Position numbers and translations under genes: made by a program. Below the pieces are notes generated by a model. That model was given only the letters and a program-made list of their open reading frames with translations. It had not been told where the DNA came from and searched no databases. A stretch of 64,000 bases of DNA from Candidatus Micrarchaeia archaeon (GTDB lineage Archaea; Micrarchaeota; Micrarchaeia; Anstonellales; Anstonellaceae). Below are positions 34,284 through 43,838 of this stretch, one piece after another. Each line of letters starts with the position of its first letter. Within the stretch, counting starts at the first letter, position 1. Where the stretch lies: positions 107,350 through 171,349 of the forward strand of contig JBAYHU010000002.1 in assembly GCA_041665945.1 (NCBI GenBank), given 5' to 3'.

Positions 34284-35819
34284 ATGAATAAATTCGCATT
34301 CGTGCTGGGCATTGTTTTCCTCTTCGCAGCGGCGGCAGCCGAAAACTACACGCAGTCATTCACCGTGGATGACTGGCTGAAGGTAACGCGCTTTGCCGAA
34401 ACTTCGGAGAGCAGCGGCTGCACTTCGGTGACCGACTCCTGCTCTGACACTGGCGCGCTTCTTCCCAGCTACATGGGCGGCGTGTCGGGCGCATTCACCT
34501 CGGTAACGCTCACTTTCGAGAACATGGGCTCAAGCGACAGGCAGGAAGTCCAGCTGTCCGAAAGCCTCTCCTACATACCGGACGGGGCAAAGGTCGTATT
34601 CGACCCCCAGCCCGCATACACTGACGGAAGGACCGCCACTTGGACTGCGCAGACCATGAAAGCCGGCGCAAAGATGGCGATGCATTACACTTACACGGCA
34701 AAGAGCAGCGCGGATGATTTCGCGAGCGCCATAAACACGCAGGTCAAGGCGAAATCCACCGCGATTTCATTCACCGCGCCGAGGTCGGCAAAGGTCGGCG
34801 AGCGCGTCCCGATATTCGCGATGACTCCCGAGGGCGCGCCGCTTTCAGGAGCGAAAGTCACAATCACATATCCTGACGGGACAATCCAGCAGGTGAAGAC
34901 CGACTCAAAGGGGAGCGCGTCGTTCGTTGCCGCGAAGGAAGGGTTCTACACCTATTCCATCGAGGGGTACTCGATGACGAAACTCTCCTCGACTGAAACC
35001 GCGCCAGCCGAAATTCCGGCAGCTGCGGCAGCAGCCGTGGCATCTGACGGGCTCTTCTCATCCATCTCAGGAATCCTGCCCGCGCTTGCGGCGATATTCG
35101 TGATTGCCGTGGTGGCGCTCATTGCATACAACTTCTTCACCTCGAGAAAAGAGGAGGAGGAATACGTTGCGGCACCGCCCCAGCAGCCGGCGGGCAGCAA
35201 CCCATCAGCCCAGCGCCCGGTGCCCGAGCCTCCTCAGGCGCCCCACGCGTATTCGAATTCGGGCGCGCAGGGAGTGGCAACTTACAGCCAGCAATACACT
35301 TTCGGTTCGCAGAAGAAAGCTGATGCCCCCAAGCCAGCCCCGGTTGCTTCGCAGCCGCAATCAGCGGAAGGCAAAACATACGGCAGCCGCGAGCAGTCGC
35401 CCGCGATGAGGCCTGTGATTGTGCCACCGCACATGCTAAACAGGCAGGCGGAGAAGTATTCTGAGAGCACCTCGTCAGACGAGGACGTGGAGAACGAGCT
35501 TGCCTCGCTTGAAAGGAAGGCGCGCGAGGAGGGCGAAGGCGCCACGCACGAGCAGGAAATCGAGAACGCGATATCCGAGCTCGAAGCCATACGCCAGAAG
35601 CTGCGCGAGCGCAAGGAGCAGATGGACTCACTTGAGAGCCGCCTGTCCGGCTCGAAAAAAAAGGAATCCGAAGAGGAGGCAGAAGCCGATTCGGACGAGC
35701 CTGACGAGCCGACCGCCTCGAGGAAGGCGCCTGCAAGAAGGGCGGCTCCTGCGCCGAGGGTGCTTCCGCCCAAGGGCAAGAAGCTCAAATTCGCGACGCA
35801 CGGCATAAGGCGCAAGTAG
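34284..35819 (+). CDS. secreted/surface protein with C-terminal TM anchor and charged coiled-coil cytoplasmic tail
   Basis: Signal peptide MNKFAFVLGIVFLFAAAAA after a GGGGG SD and TATA tttatata. TM LPALAAIFVIAVVALIAYNFF. Acidic/basic tail. The track ORF 33933..35819 carries a spurious N-terminal extension. Confidence 0.65.
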   Translation: MNKFAFVLGIVFLFAAAAAENYTQSFTVDDWLKVTRFAETSESSGCTSVTDSCSDTGALLPSYMGGVSGAFTSVTLTFENMGSSDRQEVQLSESLSYIPDGAKVVFDPQPAYTDGRTATWTAQTMKAGAKMAMHYTYTAKSSADDFASAINTQVKAKSTAISFTAPRSAKVGERVPIFAMTPEGAPLSGAKVTITYPDGTIQQVKTDSKGSASFVAAKEGFYTYSIEGYSMTKLSSTETAPAEIPAAAAAAVASDGLFSSISGILPALAAIFVIAVVALIAYNFFTSRKEEEEYVAAPPQQPAGSNPSAQRPVPEPPQAPHAYSNSGAQGVATYSQQYTFGSQKKADAPKPAPVASQPQSAEGKTYGSREQSPAMRPVIVPPHMLNRQAEKYSESTSSDEDVENELASLERKAREEGEGATHEQEIENAISELEAIRQKLRERKEQMDSLESRLSGSKKKESEEEAEADSDEPDEPTASRKAPARRAAPAPRVLPPKGKKLKFATHGIRRK

Positions 35820-35891
35820 TTTTTTGTTTTTCCCTTTCTTTTTTCCGCCTTTCTTTTCTTTCCTGTTCTTTTCCTTGCTTTATTGGAGACC

Positions 35892-36539
35892 TTAGTTGCA
35901 GGAAAGAGAATTCCCAGTCAGCGGGGATGCCTGCCCGTCAGGAAGGCAGGGGCCGAAGCCCGTGCCGCATTTGTCGCAGGTCGCATACCCGAACGAACAT
36001 GAGTTGTAGGCGCAGCCAATCCTTGTTCCGGGAGCGCATTTCTTGCTTGGAAGCACGCATCCGCCCCACCCGCCGTTGAAGCAGGTGCTTTTGCCGGCGC
36101 AGCCGTCGCGCTCGCAGGATTTTATCTCTCCGTCCAAGCATTCAGGCCGCACCACCTGCACGGGGACTGAAACAGTGCAGTTCCCGCCGGAAGCGGTTAT
36201 CGAGTGGTTGCCGGCAGGGAGGGCGAATGAGAATTCCTGCCCGGACGTCCCTTCGCATATCTCGTTTCCGTCGGCTGAAATCGTGAAGTTCCCGCAGGTG
36301 GAATACGCCTTGAATTTCGCGTCCTGCCCTTCAAGCAGGAGCCGTGATTCGACAATCAGGCGGATTTCACCGGCTTCCTCCTGCAGGGGCTGGGAGGGCG
36401 AGAAATAGCGGAATGCTGCAAGCGACGCGAAAAGCACGATTCCCGCGCACGCGAGGACCGTTGCAACCACGTAAAGCCTCGACTTCGCGCTGCCGTCGTC
36501 TTCTGGAAGGCTGACATTTATCGGGGGTTTGCTGCGCAT
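35892..36539 (-). CDS. membrane-anchored Cys-rich secreted protein
   Basis: N-terminal TM helix, then about 20 Cys in Gly-rich context, suggesting a disulfide-rich extracellular domain. Confidence 0.5.
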   Translation of the reverse strand: MRSKPPINVSLPEDDGSAKSRLYVVATVLACAGIVLFASLAAFRYFSPSQPLQEEAGEIRLIVESRLLLEGQDAKFKAYSTCGNFTISADGNEICEGTSGQEFSFALPAGNHSITASGGNCTVSVPVQVVRPECLDGEIKSCERDGCAGKSTCFNGGWGGCVLPSKKCAPGTRIGCAYNSCSFGYATCDKCGTGFGPCLPDGQASPLTGNSLSCN

Positions 36540-36543
36540 CGCA

Positions 36544-37455
36544 TCACTGGTAAAGTATCTTCGGGGCTATTGCGCCGCGAAGAAGCGTGCCTATTGCCTC
36601 TGAGGATAGCGAGCCGAATATGCCACGCTTCCCGCCGGACGATGAAAGGGCGCACAGGCGCGGCTCGTCGGATTCGATTCCGCCCATTTTCGCAGCCTGT
36701 TTTATTGCGTCTTTCCTGTTGCCAAGCGAATCGACCAGCCCTATTTTCTCAGCCTGCCTGCCGGTCAGTATGCGCGCGTCAAGGATTGTCTTGAAGCCCG
36801 CCATGTCGAGGCGCGAGCCCCTGCCCTCTAAGACTGCGGACTTGAAGTCCTCGAAGCTTTCATCCACTATGCTTTGGAAAACCGCACGCTCCTCCTCGGT
36901 CATGGGGCGGGACGCCGTTCCCATGTCCTTCATGCTGCCCGACTTTACCGAAGTCTCGTTGTAGCCGAGTTTCGCGAACAATCCGGACATGTCGGAAAGC
37001 GTGGCGCGCGCGCCGATGTTGCCAGTGAGCGACAGCGGGTTTGCCACTATGTAGTCCGTCCCTGCCGCGACATAGTAGCCGCCGGATGCCGCCATTTCGT
37101 TTATGTAGGCGACTTTCGACTTGTTGACTGCGCGCAGCGCGTCATAAATCCTGCGGGAGGCGACAGCCGAGCCGCCGGGCGAGTCGATGATTACAAGGAT
37201 GGACTTTATGTCCGGGCGGTTTGCCGCGGACTCTATTTCCTCAGCGATTGTGTCGCCGCCCTTTATTTCGTCTGAAAACAGGGTGGAGGGCGTATCGTCG
37301 CTCACTATCTCGCCTTTTATCTCGACCACGCCCACGCAGCCCGCCATGGGAAGCGCTGCGAATGCGTAGATTGCGACTATTGCAAGCGCGAAAACGAACA
37401 ATCCGCCGATAAGAATCGGGAGGTAATTCTGCCCGTCTGTTTTTTTGAAAGCCAT
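36544..37455 (-). CDS. sppA: signal peptide peptidase SppA (S49 family)
   Basis: N-terminal TM helix and the ClpP-fold motifs ILVIIDSPGGSAVAS and EMAASGGYYVAAG. Confidence 0.85.
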   Translation of the reverse strand: MAFKKTDGQNYLPILIGGLFVFALAIVAIYAFAALPMAGCVGVVEIKGEIVSDDTPSTLFSDEIKGGDTIAEEIESAANRPDIKSILVIIDSPGGSAVASRRIYDALRAVNKSKVAYINEMAASGGYYVAAGTDYIVANPLSLTGNIGARATLSDMSGLFAKLGYNETSVKSGSMKDMGTASRPMTEEERAVFQSIVDESFEDFKSAVLEGRGSRLDMAGFKTILDARILTGRQAEKIGLVDSLGNRKDAIKQAAKMGGIESDEPRLCALSSSGGKRGIFGSLSSEAIGTLLRGAIAPKILYQ

Positions 37456-37534
37456 TCCATCCCCTCTCGCACAGGGGATAAAGTATGTTCAAACGTTAAT
37501 AAACTTGCTCTCATGTAAATTAGCGTTGGTCCGC

Positions 37535-38071
37535 ATGGACGTTTTGCAGATGATGGCGCAGGCAGTGATATTCATCCTTCCCTCTTATTTTGCGAACTCC
37601 ATACCCGTTCTTCTGGGAGGGGGCGCCGCAATCGACGGGGGCAGGAAATTTTCCGACGGAAACAGGCTTTTCGGCGACGGAAAGACAATCCGCGGGTTTT
37701 TCGCGGGCATTTTTGCGGCATTGCTTGTCGGCTCGATTCAGGCGGTTTTCCTGCCGGGCACCGCGTGGGACATCTACGGCGGGAATCCGCACACTTACGT
37801 TTATGCGGGGCTCCTGCTCGGCACCGGCACCATGATTGGCGACCTGGCGGGAAGCTTCATCAAAAGGAGGCAGGGAGTCGCGCGAGGGAAGCAGTCGGTC
37901 ATCCTCGACCAGCTCACTTTCCTTTTTGTCGCGCTCGCATTCGCATATCCGATTGCCTCGCGCATGATTACAATTGAGGCAGTTGTTTTCCTGTTCATAC
38001 TCACTTATTTCGCGCACGTCGCAGCGAACGTGCTTGCGCACAAGTGGGGCTTGAAGAAAGTGCCGTGGTAA
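37535..38071 (+). CDS. carS: CDP-archaeol synthase
   Basis: PVLLGGGAAIDGGRKFSDGNRLFGDGKTIRGF is the CarS/DUF46 signature. The internal ATG at 37535 was chosen because the track start at 37445 would overlap sppA. Confidence 0.75.
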   Translation: MDVLQMMAQAVIFILPSYFANSIPVLLGGGAAIDGGRKFSDGNRLFGDGKTIRGFFAGIFAALLVGSIQAVFLPGTAWDIYGGNPHTYVYAGLLLGTGTMIGDLAGSFIKRRQGVARGKQSVILDQLTFLFVALAFAYPIASRMITIEAVVFLFILTYFAHVAANVLAHKWGLKKVPW

Positions 38072-38072
38072 G

Positions 38073-38729
38073 TCAGCATATGTTTCGGTAAGTGATGCAT
38101 CTTAGTTTGTCCAAGAAATCGACGAATTCGATTGCACGGGATACTTCCAGAAAAGCCACTGAGACTGCGACCAAACCATGGTACATCAGATGGTCTGATT
38201 GGCTGTGCATGATGTCGAGGCACATGGCGCCATCGCACATGACCCTCTCGAGTTCGTCGCCAAAGGTCTTCAAAAAAACCGCAAGCCGTTCCTTGTCCAC
38301 TCCGGAAAAAAGCGCGATTGCCTCGTCTTTCCTGTCCTCGAATTTTTGCTTAACAAAATCGTTCATGCTTTTGCGCTCGTAAGGGGTTTCTTCCATCGCA
38401 ATGATGGAAAGCAGGAAATCCCTGAATTTTTTGGAGAATGCCGGGTCGATTTCGGATATCGTTTCCGCCTTGAAGCAGAGGAGCACCATCTCGTGTTTGG
38501 TCACTTTGTTGAAATTCGATTGGTTTGCTTTTACTTCATTTGCGACTTGCGAGGACTGGCTTTTGGAAGACAGAAAAAATGCGTAATCCTTGAATGGCAT
38601 CTTTCGGATAGTTTCCAACTGCGCAGGGTATTTGGCCTGCAGGAATCTGGAATACTTGCCTGAAACCGATAGTGTCAGGGCTGGCCTTTTAACTATGGCT
38701 TCTTTGGCAGTCCAGGCTTTGCGCTCCAT
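38073..38729 (-). CDS. hypothetical protein (low-GC gene)
   Basis: 218 aa with no motif. GC about 47%, clearly below the flanking genes. Confidence 0.45.
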   Translation of the reverse strand: MERKAWTAKEAIVKRPALTLSVSGKYSRFLQAKYPAQLETIRKMPFKDYAFFLSSKSQSSQVANEVKANQSNFNKVTKHEMVLLCFKAETISEIDPAFSKKFRDFLLSIIAMEETPYERKSMNDFVKQKFEDRKDEAIALFSGVDKERLAVFLKTFGDELERVMCDGAMCLDIMHSQSDHLMYHGLVAVSVAFLEVSRAIEFVDFLDKLRCITYRNIC

Positions 38730-38772
38730 GAATATCCAGCTATTCAGAAAAGAAGTGGTTATAAATGTATTT

Positions 38773-39171
38773 TCAAAACAAGACGGTTCCCTTCTCGCCG
38801 TCCACTTGAAGTTCCATCCCGTCTTTCAGCGCAAAAAGCGCGCCTTTTTCCAGCTTGTCCACCATGGGGATTTTCGAGATGATTGCGCCCACGGCAATTA
38901 TCGGCTCTGCCTCTGCGTTGATTATTGCCGCAGGCGCGACTCCGTTTTTCTTGAGCTGGAGCATAACATAGGAGCCGACCGTGGAGCCCTTGCCGCGGGG
39001 GAAAATAAGCACCCTGCCTGCCACGCACTTGCCCTCAATTGCGTGCCCTGCCTCGACAACCATCCCCGTTTTCGGGTCAATGCCGCCGAGGAATGAAATA
39101 GCGTCTTTTGAGACAAGCGCAATGCCCTTGCCGATTCCTCGCGAAATTGACCTTCCTTTTATCGTTGCCAA
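38773..39171 (-). CDS. phosphomevalonate dehydratase small subunit (aconitase-X swivel domain, DUF126)
   Basis: About 130 aa, with GRVLIFPRGKGSTVGSYVMLQL typical of the AcnX small subunit. Immediately downstream of the AcnX large-subunit gene. Confidence 0.75.
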   Translation of the reverse strand: MATIKGRSISRGIGKGIALVSKDAISFLGGIDPKTGMVVEAGHAIEGKCVAGRVLIFPRGKGSTVGSYVMLQLKKNGVAPAAIINAEAEPIIAVGAIISKIPMVDKLEKGALFALKDGMELQVDGEKGTVLF

Positions 39172-39190
39172 GCTTTCACCTGAAAAATTT

Positions 39191-40363
39191 TCACCTGAAT
39201 ATTATGTCTTCGATGTCGCCGAATATTACCTTCTGCTTCTGGAGTGTCTGGAGGTATTTTGCCGCCTTGCCCGAATTGCACGCTGTTATGTGGAATCCCA
39301 TGTCCTCAAGCGGGCAGACCACCATGCAGGTATCCGCGACCACGCGCCCGCCAGCCTGCGCTATGGTTTCGGTGAAGCCCGCCTTGTCGGCTTTTTCCTT
39401 TGTCTGCCTTGCTGTGCAAACCCATAATTCGCATGCCACCTTCTTCCCTTTCACAAGCGAGGCGACCTCGGAAATTTCATCAAGCGAGGCGTGCGGGCAG
39501 CCAATTGCCACGATTTGCGGGCGTTCAGGCAAGCCCATCTTCGCTTTCATCTCGGAGATTTCCTTTTTGCCAATCGTGATTTTTTCCGGCTTCTCCGCCA
39601 CGGAAAATTCGGGAGTTACCCCCTTCATGTTGAAAAGCGCGTTTGAGCCCCAAGCAGCCATGGAAGCGCCAAGCGCCTTGAGCCGGTCATCGCTTGCCGC
39701 CTTGATTCCCGTGAATGCGACATTCTTTCCTTTTGATGCGCCGCCCACGTATGCCCCAAGCGCGCCGAAATCCGTGGAGGAGGAAAGCGGGCATTCCACA
39801 TGCGCGGCAAAATCGCAAACCCTGTTTTCATCGAGGTGATAGCCGTATTCGGGGGTTGCCCCGCAAATCGCGGCTGCGAGTGCAGAGGGACCGCCTTCGC
39901 GGTTTGTCCGCGCCCCGAGAACTGAATTGCAGAATACTACTGCAGAGGATTCGGACCACGCCACGTGCTCGCCAACCTTCGGGCGGATGCCCACGAGGTA
40001 GGGTGTGCAGGTGCAGCTCTGCGCAATGCCCATTTTCGCGTAAGCCGCAAGCACTTCAAGCTGCTTTTCGGCAAATGCCGCAGGCACTTTCATCTCCTTC
40101 CACTGCTCGCGGTCCATGCCCGCAGGGTTGAGGAAAGATGGAACGCGCACTTTCGCCCCGTTTTTCGCCATGTCGTTCAAGTAGGAGAGGCCGGCTTCGC
40201 CTATTGTCTTGTAGGATACTCCCGCGATTTGGGCGGAAGTGATGGAAACCGTTCGCTTGGCGCCGTAAATCTTCCCGAGGGCGACTAATATTTCCATTGA
40301 CTGGCGGGCTGCCTCGCCCGATTCCCCGTCGAACATTTTTTGCTCCTGCGCACTAAGCTCCAT
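39191..40363 (-). CDS. phosphomevalonate dehydratase large subunit (aconitase X catalytic domain, DUF521)
   Basis: AcnX family features across about 390 aa. Start MELSAQEQ at 40361-40363, just after the upstream gene's stop; the track ORF carries an N-terminal extension. Confidence 0.75.
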   Translation of the reverse strand: MELSAQEQKMFDGESGEAARQSMEILVALGKIYGAKRTVSITSAQIAGVSYKTIGEAGLSYLNDMAKNGAKVRVPSFLNPAGMDREQWKEMKVPAAFAEKQLEVLAAYAKMGIAQSCTCTPYLVGIRPKVGEHVAWSESSAVVFCNSVLGARTNREGGPSALAAAICGATPEYGYHLDENRVCDFAAHVECPLSSSTDFGALGAYVGGASKGKNVAFTGIKAASDDRLKALGASMAAWGSNALFNMKGVTPEFSVAEKPEKITIGKKEISEMKAKMGLPERPQIVAIGCPHASLDEISEVASLVKGKKVACELWVCTARQTKEKADKAGFTETIAQAGGRVVADTCMVVCPLEDMGFHITACNSGKAAKYLQTLQKQKVIFGDIEDIIFR

Positions 40364-40367
40364 TGTT

Positions 40368-41933
40368 TCACTTCTTTTTCTTTCCCGGCGGGATGTTAAA
40401 TATGGATGCGTCAAGCCCGCCCTTTTTCCCAAGCTCGCCATTGATGTAGTCGAGAAGGATTTTCTTGAGCCGCGTGTAATCTTCCCTACCCACCTGCTGG
40501 TTGCAGAATGCATAGGCGAGCGCCTTGGCGTTGAAGCAGAACATCGCGTCGTTCACGTTCTCGCAGTTGTGGCAGAAGAACGAGTCCCTTGACGAGTACG
40601 AGCAGTCCACTTCGAAGCAGCCCTTCAGGCTGGTGGAATCGAACACGTTGATGCAGAATTGCGACTGCAAAATCCTGAAATAGCCGCCGAAGATGTGCTC
40701 GGATTTTATCACAGCAGAGGAATACGCGGAATATTTCGAATCCGTGGTGTCCTGCAGCTTGTAGATGACGCTCCCGCCGTAGAGGTTGGGCGTGTCCACG
40801 CACCTGTCGTGCACCCCGTCCACGAATTCGTGGGAGAACAGCGCTACTTTTGAAACGCGCGAAAGCGCCTCGCGCAGGGTGAGCTCCTCGCCGGGCTTGA
40901 TTGCGATTGGATGCTGCCTCGACGCTTCTATTCCCTCCTCGTGAGTCACCAGCCTGTCTGCGGGTATGTCCTTTATCGTGGGCAATGCGCCCACCTTGTA
41001 AGTCGGCGTGCCCTTCGCGCCCTTCACCTTTTTCACCGGAATGGCGCGAGTCAGTAGCCACTTGCCGAAGCGCCTGATGTCTTTATGCTCCTGCCCGAGC
41101 ACTATGCGGCAGGTGGAGGAAAACGCCTCCTCGATTTTCGGCGGGGGCGGGCTGTCAAACGCGATTTTCTCCTCGGGAATGCCCTTTTTGTCCCTGCCGA
41201 AATAGGCGATGTCCGCAACCGAGAAAAGCCTCTTCTTGCTGCGAAGCTCGCCCGCCATTTCGGACAGGAGCTTTTTCTTGAGGCGCAAAAACTCGTCTTT
41301 CGGAAGCTCGAGATTGCCGATTACGTTGCGCTTGGAGTGGAGGTTGAAGGCGAAGATGCAATTCGAGCATCCCACGCAGTTGAAGGAGTAGTACATGTCC
41401 GAGAGGCTGGTGCCGAAATAAGTCTCGAAGCAGCGGCTCGCCCCCACTCCGTCGCACATCCTCATGCCGAACTGCGCCTTGGGAAAGCCGCACACGCCGA
41501 ACACGTATTCCGCCTCGCGGAGCGTGGAAACGTACGCGCCGCATTTCACCTGATAGAGGCTGTGCCCGTGGAATATCGAGGACGAATCCACGCAGTTGTC
41601 CACGTCCGAAACCTCGGTGTTCCTGCCGAAGAGCTTGTTGCCGCAGAAAACCGCGCGCTCGGAAGCCGCGGAGAAAAGCGAATCGATGTCCTTTATTTCA
41701 TTGATATCAAGCGGGGGGAATTTCACCAGCGGGATTTCCTCCTGCGAGATGAATTTCCCGTCCTGCGGATAGAAGCTGTTCGAGACCATGACCGGTTTTC
41801 CCGAGACAAACGAGCGCTTCATCTGATAGGGGAACATCATTTCCTCGAAGTAGGGCGCAAAATCGCGCAGGCTGCCTATTTCCTCGCCGAAAATGACTTT
41901 CGATGTTGATTTGAATGCCTGCTCGACGTCCAT
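40368..41933 (-). CDS. uncharacterised Cys-rich protein embedded in the mevalonate operon
   Basis: About 520 aa with Cys clusters (CGFPKAQFGMRMCDGVGASRC, NCVGCSNC, FFCHNCENVNDAMFCFNAKALAYAFC). No match to a known mevalonate-pathway enzyme. Tightly packed between the UbiD-like and AcnX genes. Confidence 0.55.
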   Translation of the reverse strand: MDVEQAFKSTSKVIFGEEIGSLRDFAPYFEEMMFPYQMKRSFVSGKPVMVSNSFYPQDGKFISQEEIPLVKFPPLDINEIKDIDSLFSAASERAVFCGNKLFGRNTEVSDVDNCVDSSSIFHGHSLYQVKCGAYVSTLREAEYVFGVCGFPKAQFGMRMCDGVGASRCFETYFGTSLSDMYYSFNCVGCSNCIFAFNLHSKRNVIGNLELPKDEFLRLKKKLLSEMAGELRSKKRLFSVADIAYFGRDKKGIPEEKIAFDSPPPPKIEEAFSSTCRIVLGQEHKDIRRFGKWLLTRAIPVKKVKGAKGTPTYKVGALPTIKDIPADRLVTHEEGIEASRQHPIAIKPGEELTLREALSRVSKVALFSHEFVDGVHDRCVDTPNLYGGSVIYKLQDTTDSKYSAYSSAVIKSEHIFGGYFRILQSQFCINVFDSTSLKGCFEVDCSYSSRDSFFCHNCENVNDAMFCFNAKALAYAFCNQQVGREDYTRLKKILLDYINGELGKKGGLDASIFNIPPGKKKK

Positions 41934-41941
41934 TAACGCAC

Positions 41942-43258
41942 CTAGACGTAGTCCTCCGCGTTGACCTTCATCCATCCGGCTTTCGTGAAATTCTTCCCGT
42001 GCGCCACAAGCGGCTTTGTGGCGTCGATGCCCATCTTGGATGTCGCGTAAGTGTGCGGGTCCGCCGAGGGGTCGAGGGATGAGCCTTTTTGGTTGCTTAG
42101 GATGACGATGTCCTTGTCAGCTTGTGCACGGGTTGCGATTGCCCATTCAACAGAGGCAGGAGAATAGATGTCAATGTCATCGTCCACAATGACAACGTGC
42201 TTGAGGGACTTGTGCCCTGCGAATGCCGCGGCAATCGCCTTCTTTCCGTCGTCCTCGTTTTTCTTTTTTATGCCGACAACGGCGTGCAGCCACGAGCAGC
42301 CGCCGGGCGTGATGTTTACCCCTGTGCAGGTTGCGACCTTGTTCACTTCATTCCAGATGGTAGGCTCTCTTGGCATGCCCATGAGTATCTTGTGCTCAAG
42401 GCAGCCAGGCAAAAGCACGTGCCAGATTGGCTCCTTGCGGTGGTGCAACTTCTTGAATTCCACTATGCGCTGGCTGCGGACAACGTCGTAAGTTTCCGTG
42501 AGGTCAACGAAAGGGCCTTCATCGTGCATCTTGCTTGTGATTCGGGCTTCGAAAACGAATTCCGCATCCGCGGGCACCTCGATTCCGCTTTCGAGTTTTA
42601 CCGTGCGAAGCGGCATGAGGGAATTTGCGATTTCCATTTCGTTCTTGCCAAGCTCGACCGAGGTCGCTGCGGCAAGGAGAAAATTGATTGGAGCACCCAC
42701 GACTATTGCGACATCCAATTCTCCGCCGTTGCGGCTTATGAATTCCTCAAGATGCCTGTGGAGGATGCGCGCGACAACGCGGTTCTTGTCAAGCACCATC
42801 ATCCTGTGGAACGAGCAGTTCTGCCCCAGTTCCTTGTCCTTTGCAATCACGACCGCGGATGAGAAGTAAGCGCCGCCGTCCTTGGGCGCATGCACCGGAA
42901 TCGGGAGTTTCGTGAGGTCGACTTCCCCCGAAACTTCAAGAACCGGCGCGTCTTTCGCAGGAATAACACGCGGCTTGGATGGGTTGTTTATCGCATGGAT
43001 GAGTTTTGGCATAAGCTCGCTTTGCTTTATTCCGAAGTAATCGCAGATAAGTTCCCTCGTCGAGAAAATATTGCCTGCAACGCGCGCGCCTGAAAGTTCC
43101 GAGATTTTTTCCGAGTAAACTGGCTTTCCGTCAAGCGCGGCAAGAACGCCGGCAAGCTCAAGCTTCAGTGAAGCGGGTTTTTTCAGCTCCACGAGTTTCT
43201 TTTCCTTTTTCAATTGCGCTATGAAATCCCTGAAGCTTTTTTCATTGTCCTTTGCCAT
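41942..43258 (-). CDS. UbiD-family decarboxylase (anhydromevalonate phosphate decarboxylase-like)
   Basis: UbiD fold length and motifs. Co-located with UbiX and the AcnX subunits. ATG 43256-43258 is preceded by a GGTGG SD. Confidence 0.75.
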   Translation of the reverse strand: MAKDNEKSFRDFIAQLKKEKKLVELKKPASLKLELAGVLAALDGKPVYSEKISELSGARVAGNIFSTRELICDYFGIKQSELMPKLIHAINNPSKPRVIPAKDAPVLEVSGEVDLTKLPIPVHAPKDGGAYFSSAVVIAKDKELGQNCSFHRMMVLDKNRVVARILHRHLEEFISRNGGELDVAIVVGAPINFLLAAATSVELGKNEMEIANSLMPLRTVKLESGIEVPADAEFVFEARITSKMHDEGPFVDLTETYDVVRSQRIVEFKKLHHRKEPIWHVLLPGCLEHKILMGMPREPTIWNEVNKVATCTGVNITPGGCSWLHAVVGIKKKNEDDGKKAIAAAFAGHKSLKHVVIVDDDIDIYSPASVEWAIATRAQADKDIVILSNQKGSSLDPSADPHTYATSKMGIDATKPLVAHGKNFTKAGWMKVNAEDYV

Positions 43259-43787
43259 CTTTCCACCTTTTGAACATCTTGTTTTCAACGCCTATCTGGT
43301 CAAGCGTTTTTCCCACGACGAAATCCACCATGTCCGAAACTGTTTTCGGCTTGTGGTAAAAGCCCGGGCACGCAGGCAGGATTACTCCGCCGGCAAGCGT
43401 GATTGTCTCCATGTTTTTCAGCGCTATGTAGGAGAGAGGGGTTTCGCGAACGACGAGGACAAGCTTTTTCCTCTCCTTGAGCGCGACTTCGGAGGCGCGA
43501 GTGATTAGCGTGTTGCCAACTCCGTTGGCTATTTCGCCAAGCGTTTTGAGAGAGCAGGGGCAGATTACCACTGCGTCGGCGGCGTTTGAGCCGGATGCAA
43601 AGGGGGAGGAGAAGTCCGATTCGGAATAGTCGCATTTCGGGAGGGTTTCGCCTTCGGCTTTTGCGACTTTTTCCGCCCCGGAACTTGCCACGACTGCGAC
43701 ATCATGCTTTCCCGCGCGGAGAACCTCTGCCAGCCGCAGACCATAGGCTATGCCCGAAGCTCCGGTTATCGCCAATAAAATGCGCAT
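43242..43787 (-). CDS. ubiX: flavin prenyltransferase UbiX (prenylated-FMN synthase)
   Basis: MRILLAITGASGIAYGLRL and CPCSLKTLGEIANG. About 180 aa. Confidence 0.85.
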   Translation of the reverse strand: MRILLAITGASGIAYGLRLAEVLRAGKHDVAVVASSGAEKVAKAEGETLPKCDYSESDFSSPFASGSNAADAVVICPCSLKTLGEIANGVGNTLITRASEVALKERKKLVLVVRETPLSYIALKNMETITLAGGVILPACPGFYHKPKTVSDMVDFVVGKTLDQIGVENKMFKRWKDGKGQ

Positions 43788-43838
43788 ATTGTCCTTTCTC
43801 CTCCACCATTTTAAAGGGGTTTTGCCTATAGGGAGGAT

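Noticed and set aside
33933-35819. 628-aa version of the surface-protein ORF
   Set aside because: The N-terminal 117 codons read through a GC-rich intergenic region and run in-frame into the preceding gene. The real start is the signal-peptide ATG at 34284, which has an SD and a TATA.
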